From Candidatus Thalassarchaeum betae (GTDB lineage Archaea; Thermoplasmatota; Poseidoniia; Poseidoniales; Thalassarchaeaceae): a stretch of 64,000 nucleotides of DNA. The translations under genes and the position numbers were made by a program. Where the stretch lies: the NCBI GenBank assembly GCA_003193925.1, contig PSPG01000008.1, forward strand, positions 73,848-137,847. The letters are read 5' to 3'. A model generated the notes under the pieces. That model was given only the letters and a program-made list of their open reading frames with translations, was not told the origin of the DNA and did no database searches. Positions 1 to 9,545 of the stretch are shown piece after piece. Position 1 is the first letter of the stretch; every line of letters begins with the position of its first letter.

Positions 1-2
1 GT

Positions 3-134
3 TTCACAGTGGATGGGCACATCCGCAAGTATGACGGTGAGCCGTTCAAGCCGCATCACATCACGGCCGCCGTTCAAGACCAACTGGCGGGTGGAGAGGC
101 GTTGTCGGTGCCGTATGAGGAAATAATAGTCTGA
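3..134 (+). CDS. 2-oxoacid:ferredoxin oxidoreductase alpha subunit, C-terminal fragment (runs off window start)
   Basis: Manual translation FTVDGHIRKYDGEPFKPHHI...EEIIV*; the KYDGxPF tail is typical of alpha subunits; lies directly upstream of the beta subunit. Confidence 0.8.
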   Translation, partial: FTVDGHIRKYDGEPFKPHHITAAVQDQLAGGEALSVPYEEIIV

Positions 135-145
135 GGGGTGAGTGA

Positions 146-1039
146 ATGAGCGATACGAATGTGCAAATCAGCTTGAAACCAAAGGACTTCAAGGGCAAGG
201 TGGACCCTGATTGGTGCCCCGGCTGCGGCGACTTCGGCGTGCTGAGCGGTCTCCAGCGAGCGGTCTGTGAACTCGGTCTGCAACCGCATGAGATCCTCAC
301 CATCAGCGGCATCGGATGCTCATCGAACTTCCCCGGCTTCTTCAACTCGTACGGGATGCACACGCTGCACGGGCGGGCGCTGCCGCACGCGAGCGGGGCG
401 AAGCTAGCGAACCACGAGATGAATGTCATAGTGACCGGAGGAGATGGAGACGGCTACGGCATCGGGGGGAATCACTTCACCCATACCAGCCGGCGTAACC
501 TCGACATCCTGTACATCGTGATGAACAATCAGATCTACGGACTAACGACCGGTCAGATCTCGCCCACCAGCGAGGTCGGCATGAAGACCAAGAGCACCCC
601 GTTCGGCAGCGTCGAGTTGCCAATCAACCCCATCGCGAGTGCGATTACGGCGGGAGCGACGTGGGTCGCGAGAGGCTACACTGGCAACATCAAGCAACTG
701 ACTCGATTGATTGTCGAGGGTATCCAGCACAAGGGATTCGCCCTACTCGACGTGTTCAGCCCATGTGTGACGTTCAACAAGGTCAACACCTACCAGTTCT
801 TCCGGCCACGGGTGCAGCCACTGGAGGACATCGAGCATGATCCGAGCGACTGGAAGGCGGGTATCGAGAAGGCGATGCTTTGGGGGGATGTAATTCACAC
901 CGGCGTCTTCTTCGAGACCAAAACCAGGCTCACCCTGGGAGAACAGGAACCGGTACTCGACGAAGGCGGGCCGCTCGCCTTCCGCGAGCTCGGCCTCAGC
1001 AGTGAACAGACCGAACGCATCATCGCCCGCATGATGTGA
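146..1039 (+). CDS. 2-oxoacid:ferredoxin oxidoreductase beta subunit
   Basis: WCPGCGDFG, SGIGCS, TPP motif GDGD...MNNQIYGLTTGQ, SPCVTFN. Confidence 0.95.
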   Translation: MSDTNVQISLKPKDFKGKVDPDWCPGCGDFGVLSGLQRAVCELGLQPHEILTISGIGCSSNFPGFFNSYGMHTLHGRALPHASGAKLANHEMNVIVTGGDGDGYGIGGNHFTHTSRRNLDILYIVMNNQIYGLTTGQISPTSEVGMKTKSTPFGSVELPINPIASAITAGATWVARGYTGNIKQLTRLIVEGIQHKGFALLDVFSPCVTFNKVNTYQFFRPRVQPLEDIEHDPSDWKAGIEKAMLWGDVIHTGVFFETKTRLTLGEQEPVLDEGGPLAFRELGLSSEQTERIIARMM

Positions 1040-1049
1040 TTCGACGAAG

Positions 1050-1643
1050 CTAGCTGTTCTTCGACGGCCCTCTGTCCGGGCCTACAACAATGGTATGACA
1101 CTGGTGAAGGGTTCGAACTCCTGCGACGGTGATGGCCGAGTCTCCATCTACGCAGCGCTCGCCTCCCCAGTCGCGGACCGTTCGCATCACCGTGCTTCGA
1201 CCAGCATGGTTGTGGGGGTCGACCTTGAGCTCGACGCAGAGCTCCTCTGCTTCGCCCAGCCAGAGCAGCGAGGCGTCTATGGCCTTGCGTGCCAAGCCGT
1301 GCTGCTGCTCGGAGCTGCGGACCCAGTAGCCTAGGTTCCAGATTGCCTTGCCGGAGCGCGTCACGCGGTCGAATCCGACCAGTCCAAGAAGAGCTCCGTC
1401 CCAAGGTCGAATCATCAACCAATGATGTAGCATCCCGGTCCGTCCCATTCGCTCGGTCTCGGCGAGGAAGTCCACTATCTGGGAGTCGAAGGGCCGGTCC
1501 GGGTTAATCCAAGGCATCGCCCTGCTGACCTCGGGCCAAGTCTCCTCGAAGGCCTCCATCATCTCCGGGCCGTACTCGCTCGTCGCAGGCCTCAGCACCA
1601 GCCTGTCATCGACCCGAATAGTGGCCGTCGCACGCCTCAGCAC
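1050..1643 (-). CDS. GNAT N-acetyltransferase, RimJ/RimL-like
   Basis: RLVLRP, MPW, NLGYWVRSSEQQHGLARKA. Confidence 0.75.
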   Translation of the reverse strand: MLRRATATIRVDDRLVLRPATSEYGPEMMEAFEETWPEVSRAMPWINPDRPFDSQIVDFLAETERMGRTGMLHHWLMIRPWDGALLGLVGFDRVTRSGKAIWNLGYWVRSSEQQHGLARKAIDASLLWLGEAEELCVELKVDPHNHAGRSTVMRTVRDWGGERCVDGDSAITVAGVRTLHQCHTIVVGPDRGPSKNS

Positions 1644-1686
1644 GGAGTTTCGGCAGCGGTCCTATCGCATCAGGGCTACGGATCCA

Positions 1687-2883
1687 TCAAGGTCGCAACT
1701 TCGCCTTCGCCGTCGCCACATTCGGGTCGCTGGGCAGCTCTTTCTGGGCCGATTTCAAAAGAGCGTCCACCGCATTCGAGCGGCCTATCCTCTGCAGCAG
1801 GGCTCCCACGGGGTAGACCAGCTTGGGGCGGTCGCCGAGATGGGGGCCGACTTCGTCGATGATGACGGTGGACTGCGCGATGTCCCTGGAGCGGGCCGCC
1901 TCCATCGCCGCTTTCACCCGAAGAGCGACCTTGCGATCAGACCACATGTCCTGCTGAGCCCATGGCCAGTAGTTGTCGGGCTCAGGAGCCTTGGCACTGA
2001 TGGGCGGAATAACCGGGGGCGGTGGGATGGGCATCGGCTCCTGGTCCTCGTCGACTTCTGGAGGGGATGGTGGGGCCGGGGGCATCAGCGGTGGTGGAAG
2101 ATCAGTCGGAGGCGGTGGTATCTCGACCTCGCCTGGAGCCTCTTCCGGCTCGGCCTCTAGCAGGGTTATCAAATCGGACTTATTGAGTTTGGAGAAGCCT
2201 GTCAGTCCGCGCTCCCTCGCCATCTTCTTCAGAGTGTCCACGGTCATGTTCGAAAGGCCGGAATCGGCCTCGGGCTCCACCTCTGGCTCGGGCTCCGGTG
2301 CCGGCTCAGACCCTTGGACCTCAGCCATCTCGCCGTTCGTGTCCGGAATCTCACTGGCCGAGATGACCTCGACGGTCTCAGGTGCGTCGGCGGTGGGCTG
2401 AACGAGTTCTATCTGCTGCGTCTGAATCGCCTCAATCGGTTCCGGTTCGATCTCCGGGACCTCGAACTTAGTAACGAACTCGGGAGCGTCCCCGGGCTTG
2501 AGCTCGTACTCCACATCCTCCTCGTCCGATGGCTCTGGGTGGTCGACGGTCATGGCGAAGGACGGCTTCTGATTCGTCAGCACCACGTCGTCCTTGCCGT
2601 ACTGCTTGACTTCAATCGTCATATCGTCCATGGTGAATGAGGCCTTCGACCAATCGATAATCTCGTCGCTGTCGTCCTCCTCCATCTGCTCAAGGAGCTC
2701 GTCGAAGAGGTCGGTGGCGACCTCATCATCGATAGTCGATTCCTGCTGGTGAGAGGCTTTCTGCAGTTGGTAGGAGCAACGAGAGCAACTCTCGGTGCCC
2801 TCGGGGTTCCTCTGCTGGCACAACGGGCATTCGACACCCACCTCCTCCTGCTTTCGCCAGGCTTTGAATCGGTCGAACACCAT
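1687..2883 (-). CDS. Hypothetical: Zn ribbon, acidic linker, Rho_N-like module, Pro-rich linker, helical C-domain
   Basis: CPLC...CSRC; LSNMTVDTLKKMARERGLTGFSKLNKSDLITLL; poly-Pro tracts. Confidence 0.75.
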   Translation of the reverse strand: MVFDRFKAWRKQEEVGVECPLCQQRNPEGTESCSRCSYQLQKASHQQESTIDDEVATDLFDELLEQMEEDDSDEIIDWSKASFTMDDMTIEVKQYGKDDVVLTNQKPSFAMTVDHPEPSDEEDVEYELKPGDAPEFVTKFEVPEIEPEPIEAIQTQQIELVQPTADAPETVEVISASEIPDTNGEMAEVQGSEPAPEPEPEVEPEADSGLSNMTVDTLKKMARERGLTGFSKLNKSDLITLLEAEPEEAPGEVEIPPPPTDLPPPLMPPAPPSPPEVDEDQEPMPIPPPPVIPPISAKAPEPDNYWPWAQQDMWSDRKVALRVKAAMEAARSRDIAQSTVIIDEVGPHLGDRPKLVYPVGALLQRIGRSNAVDALLKSAQKELPSDPNVATAKAKLRP

Positions 2884-3019
2884 TCAGTCCCCTCCTAGAT
2901 GCCCGTCCTCGTCGAAAGTCTCCGTATAATATTCACCCGGTGTTGGTCGCCCGCCGTCTAGGACGGCGGCGGCCGTGATAGAGGGAATCGTGATGTGATG
3001 GCACGTTCGTCGGCTGTGC

Positions 3020-4945
3020 ATGGCAGACGACCCTGGGGAGTTGCCGGCGCGCTTCAATCGCAGTCAGGATCATCACGAGGCCTATCTGAATCTGATTGGG
3101 TGGGAGTTGGAAGACGAGCTGGCAGCGACGGAGAAGCGGCTTCGCGAATGGCCCGATGGCAGGCTCGCAGCAAACGGGATTGCGCTGTTCGACTTGGTCG
3201 CGAAGACTGACGGCTGGCTGTTCGGGCAGCGCATCGTGAAGCTGGTGAGGCGTGATCGGCAGGCCTTCGGGATGCATCGCTTCAGGCAGGGCGACATCGT
3301 GATGCTCAGCCGTCGCAACCCGCTTTCCGAGAAGCCGGTCGAGGCGATTGTCAGCAATCGGACGCGTTTCTTCATTCGCATCGTCCTGCCCGAGGCCCCC
3401 ACCGGCCTACGTAGGGACACCTGGAGGATGGACAGAGGCGCCAACAGGGTGGCGCACGACAGGATGCGCGATGCTCTGAACTCAATCTTCGAGGAGGATG
3501 GCGGTGCTCCGATGCGCGACCTCCTGCTCGGCTTGGTCCACGACCCCGTCGGTACGGCCTCGCTGGCCCCTCACCTAGGGGTCGCACGCTCCAGACCGAC
3601 CTCTCTGGCCTCCGATCTCAACAAGGCCCAGAGGGAGGCCGCCCAAGCCGCTCTGGAACAGCGTCTCACTCTGATCCAGGGTCCGCCGGGAACCGGGAAG
3701 ACCCATACCGGCGTGCGCATCCTCGAGACTTGGGCCAAGCAGGACCTTGGAACCATTCTCGCGGTCGCCGACTCCAACGTCGCGGTCGACAACCTGCTCG
3801 AGGGTCTGCTCTCCCTCAATATCCGCGCCGTGCGTCTCGGACAGCCCGTCAAGGTCAGAGAGAGCCTCAGAGAAGCCACGATGGATGCCCAGATGGAGGA
3901 GCATCCCCTGCATCGCGACCTCGACCACTGGCTCAAGTCAAACGAGAAACTCGATCGCCGAGTCAAGGGGATGAAGGGCAAGGAAAAGGGGCTGGCGCAC
4001 CGCGATCTGAGGCGCGGTTGGAAGGAGGTTCGCCGGATCGAGGCGCAGATGCGGGATGACATCCTAGACCGTGCTCAGGTGCTGTGCTGCACCTGCATTG
4101 GCTCGGGACACCAAATACTGGACGGGCGCAGGTTCTCCCGCGTCCTCATCGACGAGGCCACGCAAGCCACCGAACCTGCCGCTCTGGTTCCTCTGGTGCG
4201 CGGCGCACGCCAGATTGTCCTGATCGGGGACCATCGCCAACTGCCACCGACAGTCATCTCACAGCGCGCCGAGAACGGTGGTCTGAACCGCTCCCTGTTC
4301 GAGCGGATAACTGAGATGGGCATCGAGCCGCTGCTGCTGCGAACCCAGTACAGAATGCACCCGGCGATCTCCTGCTTTCCCAACGAGCGCTTCTATGGGG
4401 GTCTGCTGGAGGACGGGGTCGCAGCAGAGGACAGGGCGACACCTGCCGGTCTGCTTTGGCCCGACTGGGAGCAGCCGATCGCCTTCCTCCCACTCAAAGG
4501 CGGCGAAGTGACAGCACCTGACGGCGCATCTAAGGAGAATCCGGCCGAGGCGGTGTGGATAGCGCGCCTGCTCGAGGGGCTCTTGGACGCAGGCGAGCTG
4601 CAGCAGGAGGACATCGGAATCATCACGCCGTACGCGGGGCAGGTCAGGGCGATCCGCGACAGCGTCCCGGAGAAGTACGACGGGGTCGAGGTCCACACCG
4701 TCGACGGCTACCAGGGACGCGAGAAGGAAGTCATCCTATTCTCCTGCGTGCGCTCCAACAGCGATGGCAACGTCGGCTTCCTCGCCGACTCGCGGCGGCT
4801 CAACGTCGCGCTGACCCGCGCCAAGCGTGGATTGATCGTGGTCGGGGACCCCGGAACGCTGCGCTACGACGAGGATTGGGCAGCGTGGCTAGAACACGTG
4901 CGAAGTCGCAACCTTGAGGCGTGGCACTTGCTCGGAATGGCCTGA
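3020..4945 (+). CDS. SF1 Upf1/IGHMBP2-like helicase (AAA_11/AAA_12)
   Basis: QGPPGTGKT, SNVAVDNL, DEATQ, GDHRQLPP, QYRMHP, TVDGYQGRE, RRLNVALTRAK. Confidence 0.93.
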   Translation: MADDPGELPARFNRSQDHHEAYLNLIGWELEDELAATEKRLREWPDGRLAANGIALFDLVAKTDGWLFGQRIVKLVRRDRQAFGMHRFRQGDIVMLSRRNPLSEKPVEAIVSNRTRFFIRIVLPEAPTGLRRDTWRMDRGANRVAHDRMRDALNSIFEEDGGAPMRDLLLGLVHDPVGTASLAPHLGVARSRPTSLASDLNKAQREAAQAALEQRLTLIQGPPGTGKTHTGVRILETWAKQDLGTILAVADSNVAVDNLLEGLLSLNIRAVRLGQPVKVRESLREATMDAQMEEHPLHRDLDHWLKSNEKLDRRVKGMKGKEKGLAHRDLRRGWKEVRRIEAQMRDDILDRAQVLCCTCIGSGHQILDGRRFSRVLIDEATQATEPAALVPLVRGARQIVLIGDHRQLPPTVISQRAENGGLNRSLFERITEMGIEPLLLRTQYRMHPAISCFPNERFYGGLLEDGVAAEDRATPAGLLWPDWEQPIAFLPLKGGEVTAPDGASKENPAEAVWIARLLEGLLDAGELQQEDIGIITPYAGQVRAIRDSVPEKYDGVEVHTVDGYQGREKEVILFSCVRSNSDGNVGFLADSRRLNVALTRAKRGLIVVGDPGTLRYDEDWAAWLEHVRSRNLEAWHLLGMA

Positions 4946-4954
4946 GAGGTACGC

Positions 4955-5533
4955 ATGACTGACCACGACTCGCCTATTCAATTGAACCTGAGTGGTGGCA
5001 CTCTGGCCAAGCAGATTGTCTCTGCCGGGGACGGCGGACACTGGCCGATCCCCGACGGCACGATACTGGCTTCCGGAGTCAGGAGGCTGGCTGCCTTCGC
5101 AGTGGACGTCGTGATTGTGACGACCATCCTGATGGTCGTGACCAGAAGGCAGGTCATAAACGCCTGGAACATCGACCTCTGGACTTCTCCGGACTTCCAT
5201 TACGCCCTCGCCCACGCCTCGGTCGTACTGATTGCCCACTGGCTGTACTGGAGGGTCACCGGACTGAGCTTCTCACGTTCGCTCGGACAACGCATGTTCG
5301 GCATCGCGGTGATTGCCGAGGACGGCTCGGGCATGACGAGCCAGATGTGGGACCGGAGGGCGCTGCGCAAGCTGCTCTACCTCCTGCCGGTCCTGAACCT
5401 CTACTTCGGAGCGTACGACCTAGCGAGGATCTCACAGCGCCACACGCACCAGTCGAACATCGACCTGCACGTGGGCTCCATCGTTGCGCATGCAGACTCG
5501 CTGCCGCCGGCGAGCAGGCGCCACATAAGGTAG
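4955..5533 (+). CDS. RDD family membrane protein
   Basis: ASGVRRLAAFAVD, SLGQRMFGIAV, hydrophobic segments. Confidence 0.8.
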   Translation: MTDHDSPIQLNLSGGTLAKQIVSAGDGGHWPIPDGTILASGVRRLAAFAVDVVIVTTILMVVTRRQVINAWNIDLWTSPDFHYALAHASVVLIAHWLYWRVTGLSFSRSLGQRMFGIAVIAEDGSGMTSQMWDRRALRKLLYLLPVLNLYFGAYDLARISQRHTHQSNIDLHVGSIVAHADSLPPASRRHIR

Positions 5534-5541
5534 GTGAGGAG

Positions 5542-6144
5542 ATGCTGGATGCAGTGGAGTGCGCGCTTTCAGGCGGGTGCATCGTCTACCCTACCACGAC
5601 CCAGCCGGCGCTGGGCTGCCTGCCCGAGCCGGCTGCGCTCGACGGGCTGTACGAGCTGAAGCAGCGGCCTGCTGACATGCCTGTCAGCATTGGCGTGGCA
5701 AGCCTCGAACAGGCCGCCGCGCTGGTCGAGGTGCCAGACGACGTGCGCGACTTCCTCGCAGCCTTTCCAGAGGGCTCCCTGACCGTGGTTCTGCGAGCCC
5801 ACGAGACTCTGGACGCGCGACTCGGGGGCGATAACGTGGCAATCCGAGTCGTCGCTCACCCGGTGGCCAAGGAGCTGCTCGCAATCACCGGCCCGCTCAC
5901 GGCGAGCAGTGCCAACAGGAGCGGTGAGGAGCCAGTCTCCGACTGCGACGAGGCAACGCGCCTCCTATCAGCCACCGGAGAGGGGGTATCGAGCGTGTCC
6001 GGTGTGTGTCCCGGAGGGGCACCCAGTACATTGATAGCGTGGTATTCGGTCTGTGGTTCAACCCAGTTGAGTGATACCGAGGTATTGAGAGAGGGAGTAG
6101 TTAGCACTGAGGAGATTCTCACATGGTTGAGGAAGGAGACCTGA
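5542..6144 (+). CDS. tsaC: L-threonylcarbamoyladenylate synthase (YrdC/Sua5 domain)
   Basis: IVYPT, LYELKQRP, PLTASSANRSG, PST; ATG 5542 follows the SD-like AGGTGAGG. Confidence 0.85.
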   Translation: MLDAVECALSGGCIVYPTTTQPALGCLPEPAALDGLYELKQRPADMPVSIGVASLEQAAALVEVPDDVRDFLAAFPEGSLTVVLRAHETLDARLGGDNVAIRVVAHPVAKELLAITGPLTASSANRSGEEPVSDCDEATRLLSATGEGVSSVSGVCPGGAPSTLIAWYSVCGSTQLSDTEVLREGVVSTEEILTWLRKET

Positions 6145-7136
6145 AGCAGTGGCGAGATGCCGGCCGCGTCGCTCGCAGGACCATCGAGGGAATCAAGGGC
6201 GAGATCACAGCCGGCAAGTCCTGGGACGAGGTCATCGACTCCGCGGAGCGCTTCATCAAGCGTCACGGAGGGCACGCCGCCTTCCCCGTAACCATCTCCG
6301 TCAATGAGATGGCTGCGCACTACACCACCAACACCGAGCTCGAGCCTCCTGAGGGGTTGGAGGGGGAGATGGTCTTTCAGAAGGGGGATCTCGTCAAATT
6401 CGACGTCGGCGTCCACATCAAGGGCGCCATCGCCGACAACGCGCTCACCGTAGAAGTGGGCGGTGGCGGCAAACACACCGATCAAATCCGCGCTGCCGAG
6501 GAGGCTCGTGACGCTGCCATCGAGAAGATGCACCCCGGAACCCCTTGGCACGAGATAGGGGCTGCCGCCGAGCAGGTGTCCAAGGATGCAGGCTTCGAGC
6601 CGATACGGAACCTCTGCGGGCACCAGCTCGAGCGCTGGAACCTGCACGCTGGAACCTCAATCCCATCGTACTCGTGTGGAGCGAAGAACCCCGGTTTCAA
6701 GGGCGACGTGGAGGTCGGCGGGATCTATGCAGTCGAGCCATTCAACACTACGGGAAAGTCCGGTATGGTGGAGAATGTCCCTCCTGTCGGCTCCTCCAAC
6801 ATCCTGAGGGTCACTGGCGATGTCAAGATTCGCAAGGCCCTAGCCAAGGGCAAACTCAAGCCACTCGGCGCGACCATGGCTCGTTACATAGAAGAGAGGT
6901 ATAACACGCTCCCGTTCGCCGAGCGTTGGGCCTACCCCCTGTTGGTGAAGCCGTTCCCCGGCGAGGAAAAGGAGTCGTTGCGCCGCAAGTGGAATGCCCT
7001 GGTCAAGAAACTGATCTCGATCAGGTTCGCAGAGGTCTATGCGGCGCTGCGTGACGCCGATGGCGGCAACGTCGGACAGTTCGAGCACACGGTGCTCGTT
7101 ACCGAAGGCGGACCAGAGGTTCTTACTATCCAATGA
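6123..7136 (+). CDS. map: Methionine aminopeptidase type II
   Basis: AFPVTISVNEMAAHYT, DVGVH, NLCGHQL, AVEPF, QFEHT. Confidence 0.95.
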   Translation: MVEEGDLKQWRDAGRVARRTIEGIKGEITAGKSWDEVIDSAERFIKRHGGHAAFPVTISVNEMAAHYTTNTELEPPEGLEGEMVFQKGDLVKFDVGVHIKGAIADNALTVEVGGGGKHTDQIRAAEEARDAAIEKMHPGTPWHEIGAAAEQVSKDAGFEPIRNLCGHQLERWNLHAGTSIPSYSCGAKNPGFKGDVEVGGIYAVEPFNTTGKSGMVENVPPVGSSNILRVTGDVKIRKALAKGKLKPLGATMARYIEERYNTLPFAERWAYPLLVKPFPGEEKESLRRKWNALVKKLISIRFAEVYAALRDADGGNVGQFEHTVLVTEGGPEVLTIQ

Positions 7137-7195
7137 TAGGCTCTCAATACAGCGTTTCTTGGTCCTAATGACTGAAATCTCGCAACGATTATCAA

Positions 7196-7419
7196 GCGCC
7201 GGCTCCAATGAGCGACTGTACAGGGACGACAGGTTCTCGCTGAGTGCATCCCATCCCCTCGCTTTTATCTCTCGCCCTGTACACCTGAATCGGGTGGCTG
7301 CAAGGCTATGCTAAGTCCTGTTTCGGTATCTCTAGCCGGTAAAAGTTCCATTCGCATCACCACCATCACGGGGCGTGGAACCCGTAGACGAGTGGACCGT
7401 GGCGAACTCAAGGACCTCG
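7196..7419 (+). repeat. Copy 1 of a ~225-bp duplicated segment
   Basis: About 90% identical by manual alignment to 8503-8739; 13 nt shorter. Confidence 0.92.
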
Positions 7420-7610
7420 ATCTCGTCGTGGCAGTCAGCATCGGCTTCCTGACCTTGCCGACATGGGCCGGGGTGCTGGGTGGAATCGGAACCTCGGAAG
7501 CCCTCGCCAGCTTGCCGCTGAGCATGATACCGACGTTCGCGGTTCCAATCTACTTCATCTTCCACCTGATCACGCTGCGACGACTGCGAAAATGGCCTGC
7601 TCACCGATGA
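7375..7610 (+). pseudogene. Chimeric remnant: first codons of the SAP-domain gene joined, with a 1-nt frameshift, to the C-terminal fragment of a membrane protein
   Basis: GTG 7375 reads VEPVDEWTVA, identical to the start of the 8682 gene; a second frame continues ELKDLDLVVAVSIGF...LPLSMIPTFAVPIYFIFHLITLRRL. Confidence 0.65.
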
Positions 7611-7635
7611 CTGGACAGCGTTCGATGATCTCTGA

Positions 7636-8454
7636 TTAGTCGTCACGCGACCTAGAACGGCTCCACGAAGATGCCAGCGCTAGAGTGCCCAACCCAGACA
7701 ACAGCCCGAATCCGGGTAGCGCCCCGACTCCGGGAAGCATCCCATCTTCCTCAGGCTCCTCATCTTCGACGATTTCGGGAGCGTCCACGATTGGGAACCG
7801 AATCTGAGATCGCATCCCATCTTGGTTGTTCGCGTAATACAGCCGGAAGGAACCTCCGCATTTCAGCACCTGCAAAGGCCCACTGCACGGAGTCCCCGAT
7901 GAATCCCAACCCACCTTGGAAATCTCAAACCTGATCCCCGGCTCATCGCCGCTTCGGTTCCACCTGGTCATGTTTGAATCGACGTCGAGCTCCCAAGTGA
8001 TTTGCTCGTCCTCGTCTGTCACTAGATCCGGGAACGCCTTGCGAGCAACTTCCACATCACCTTTCATCAGGGTGATGTTGAAGTCCTCGTCTGCGTCGTC
8101 TTCGGCTTCCGCGTGATCCACCCTGAGACCGAATTCGATCAATATCTTCCCCGTGGGGTTCAGGAACACGTCCTCATCGAAGGTGTACTTCATCTGGCAG
8201 GTGATGTCGACCTCCAGACGTTGACTGTCACTTCCGTCAACCTCCTCCCCATACCCGTCATCTGCAGCTCCTGCTGAGCCCTCGGCATCGAAATTCTGCC
8301 AGCAGTCGGATATGTCGTCATTCCCCCAGAAGTACAACATATTATTGCTTGGAGAGGGTTGCTCGGGACCCACGATCTGGGCCGATACCGGAGCAGCGGC
8401 CGTTGAAGAGCCCAGCAGCATGACGAGAAGCACGGCGACGATCCTCCTTATCAT
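7636..8454 (-). CDS. Secreted/surface protein with PGF-CTERM-like sorting signal
   Basis: Signal peptide MIRRIVAVLLVMLLG; C-terminal LPGFGLLSGLGTLALASSWSRSRSR (PGF, hydrophobic stretch, basic tail). Confidence 0.75.
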   Translation of the reverse strand: MIRRIVAVLLVMLLGSSTAAAPVSAQIVGPEQPSPSNNMLYFWGNDDISDCWQNFDAEGSAGAADDGYGEEVDGSDSQRLEVDITCQMKYTFDEDVFLNPTGKILIEFGLRVDHAEAEDDADEDFNITLMKGDVEVARKAFPDLVTDEDEQITWELDVDSNMTRWNRSGDEPGIRFEISKVGWDSSGTPCSGPLQVLKCGGSFRLYYANNQDGMRSQIRFPIVDAPEIVEDEEPEEDGMLPGVGALPGFGLLSGLGTLALASSWSRSRSRDD

Positions 8455-8502
8455 CAGAAACCGCACGAGAATCGCGCCGTTTGAGGTTATCCCATCTCGT
8501 CT

Positions 8503-8739
8503 GCGCCGACTCCGATGAGCAACTGTACAAGGACGACAGGTTCTCGCTGAGTGCATCCCATCCCCTCGCTTTTTTCTCTCGCCCTGTACACCCGAATAAG
8601 GCGGTTGCGAGGCTATGCAAAGTCCCGTTTCCGTATTTCTAACCGACAAAAGTTCCATTCGTATCACCACCATCCCGGGGCGTGGAACCCGTAGACGAGT
8701 GGACCGTGGCCGAACTCAAGGCCGAACTCAAGGAACTCG
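8503..8739 (+). repeat. Copy 2 of the duplicated segment (upstream region plus start of SAP gene)
   Basis: Aligns to 7196-7419. Confidence 0.92.
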
Positions 8740-9545
8740 GGCTCTCAAACAGTGGGAACAAGCAGGAGTTGTACGACCGCCTGGTCGAATACGAGGAGGG
8801 TGAGGACTGGGACGAGGATGAATCGGGCTTCGACGCCTCTGATCTGGCTCGCTCTTTCGCTGGTGCCATGGTGAGGAACAGAGTCGCCATAGGGGCGGTC
8901 TCCGCGGTAGTTATCCTAGTCGTCGCAGTGGCATTCGCCGGCCCGATGCTGCTCGACCTGTTCCGGCAGGAGGGGGCGAGCGAGCCGGAGGTGTACGTCT
9001 GGGAGTTCACGGTAGAGGAGAGGAACGTTACCGATGTCAAGAGTTACTTCATCAACGATGACACCACCGAGAGTGTGGTGGTCACGGTTCCGCTTACGAG
9101 GAACCTCTCTAGCATATACATCGGGGCCTACTGGCGGGAGTCTGACGAGCAGCCCGGGGGGATCATAGGCTGTGACGAGGTGACTATGGAGGTGTTTACC
9201 ACCGATGTGAACAAGACGAACCTCTACTCTCTATCCAATACCGATGCCGCTAGTTCGGACTGCGATGCCGATGGAACCGAGCCATGGGACCACATATGGT
9301 ACCAGTATGACCTCGAGCTTCCCAATATCACCGGTTTCGAGGGCACCGAGGAGGAGGCGCTTGCGATCTGGGATACCTACACGGGAATAGGGACCGGTGC
9401 GTGGCTCATCGATATCAGCGTGGACACTTACACCCTCTGGGGTCCAGTCTGTGACTGCGAGGATGGCGAGGACGTCAGGCTGACCGTTTCCTACATCGAG
9501 TACGATGTCAATATGGCGAAGGCGCAGCCCTCGACCGATGGGTAG
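8682..9545 (+). CDS. SAP-domain single-pass membrane protein
   Basis: WTVAELKAELKELGLSNSGNKQELYDRL (SAP); TM VAIGAVSAVVILVVAVAFAG; acidic beta-rich C-domain. Confidence 0.8.
   Translation: MEPVDEWTVAELKAELKELGLSNSGNKQELYDRLVEYEEGEDWDEDESGFDASDLARSFAGAMVRNRVAIGAVSAVVILVVAVAFAGPMLLDLFRQEGASEPEVYVWEFTVEERNVTDVKSYFINDDTTESVVVTVPLTRNLSSIYIGAYWRESDEQPGGIIGCDEVTMEVFTTDVNKTNLYSLSNTDAASSDCDADGTEPWDHIWYQYDLELPNITGFEGTEEEALAIWDTYTGIGTGAWLIDISVDTYTLWGPVCDCEDGEDVRLTVSYIEYDVNMAKAQPSTDG

Noticed and set aside
8455-8673. N-terminal extension of the 7636-8673 ORF
   Set aside because: It runs through the duplicated non-coding element; the signal peptide begins at ATG 8454.
7196-8739. IS or composite transposon bounded by the duplicated segments
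   Set aside because: No transposase, terminal inverted repeats or target-site duplication seen; the repeat includes a host gene start.
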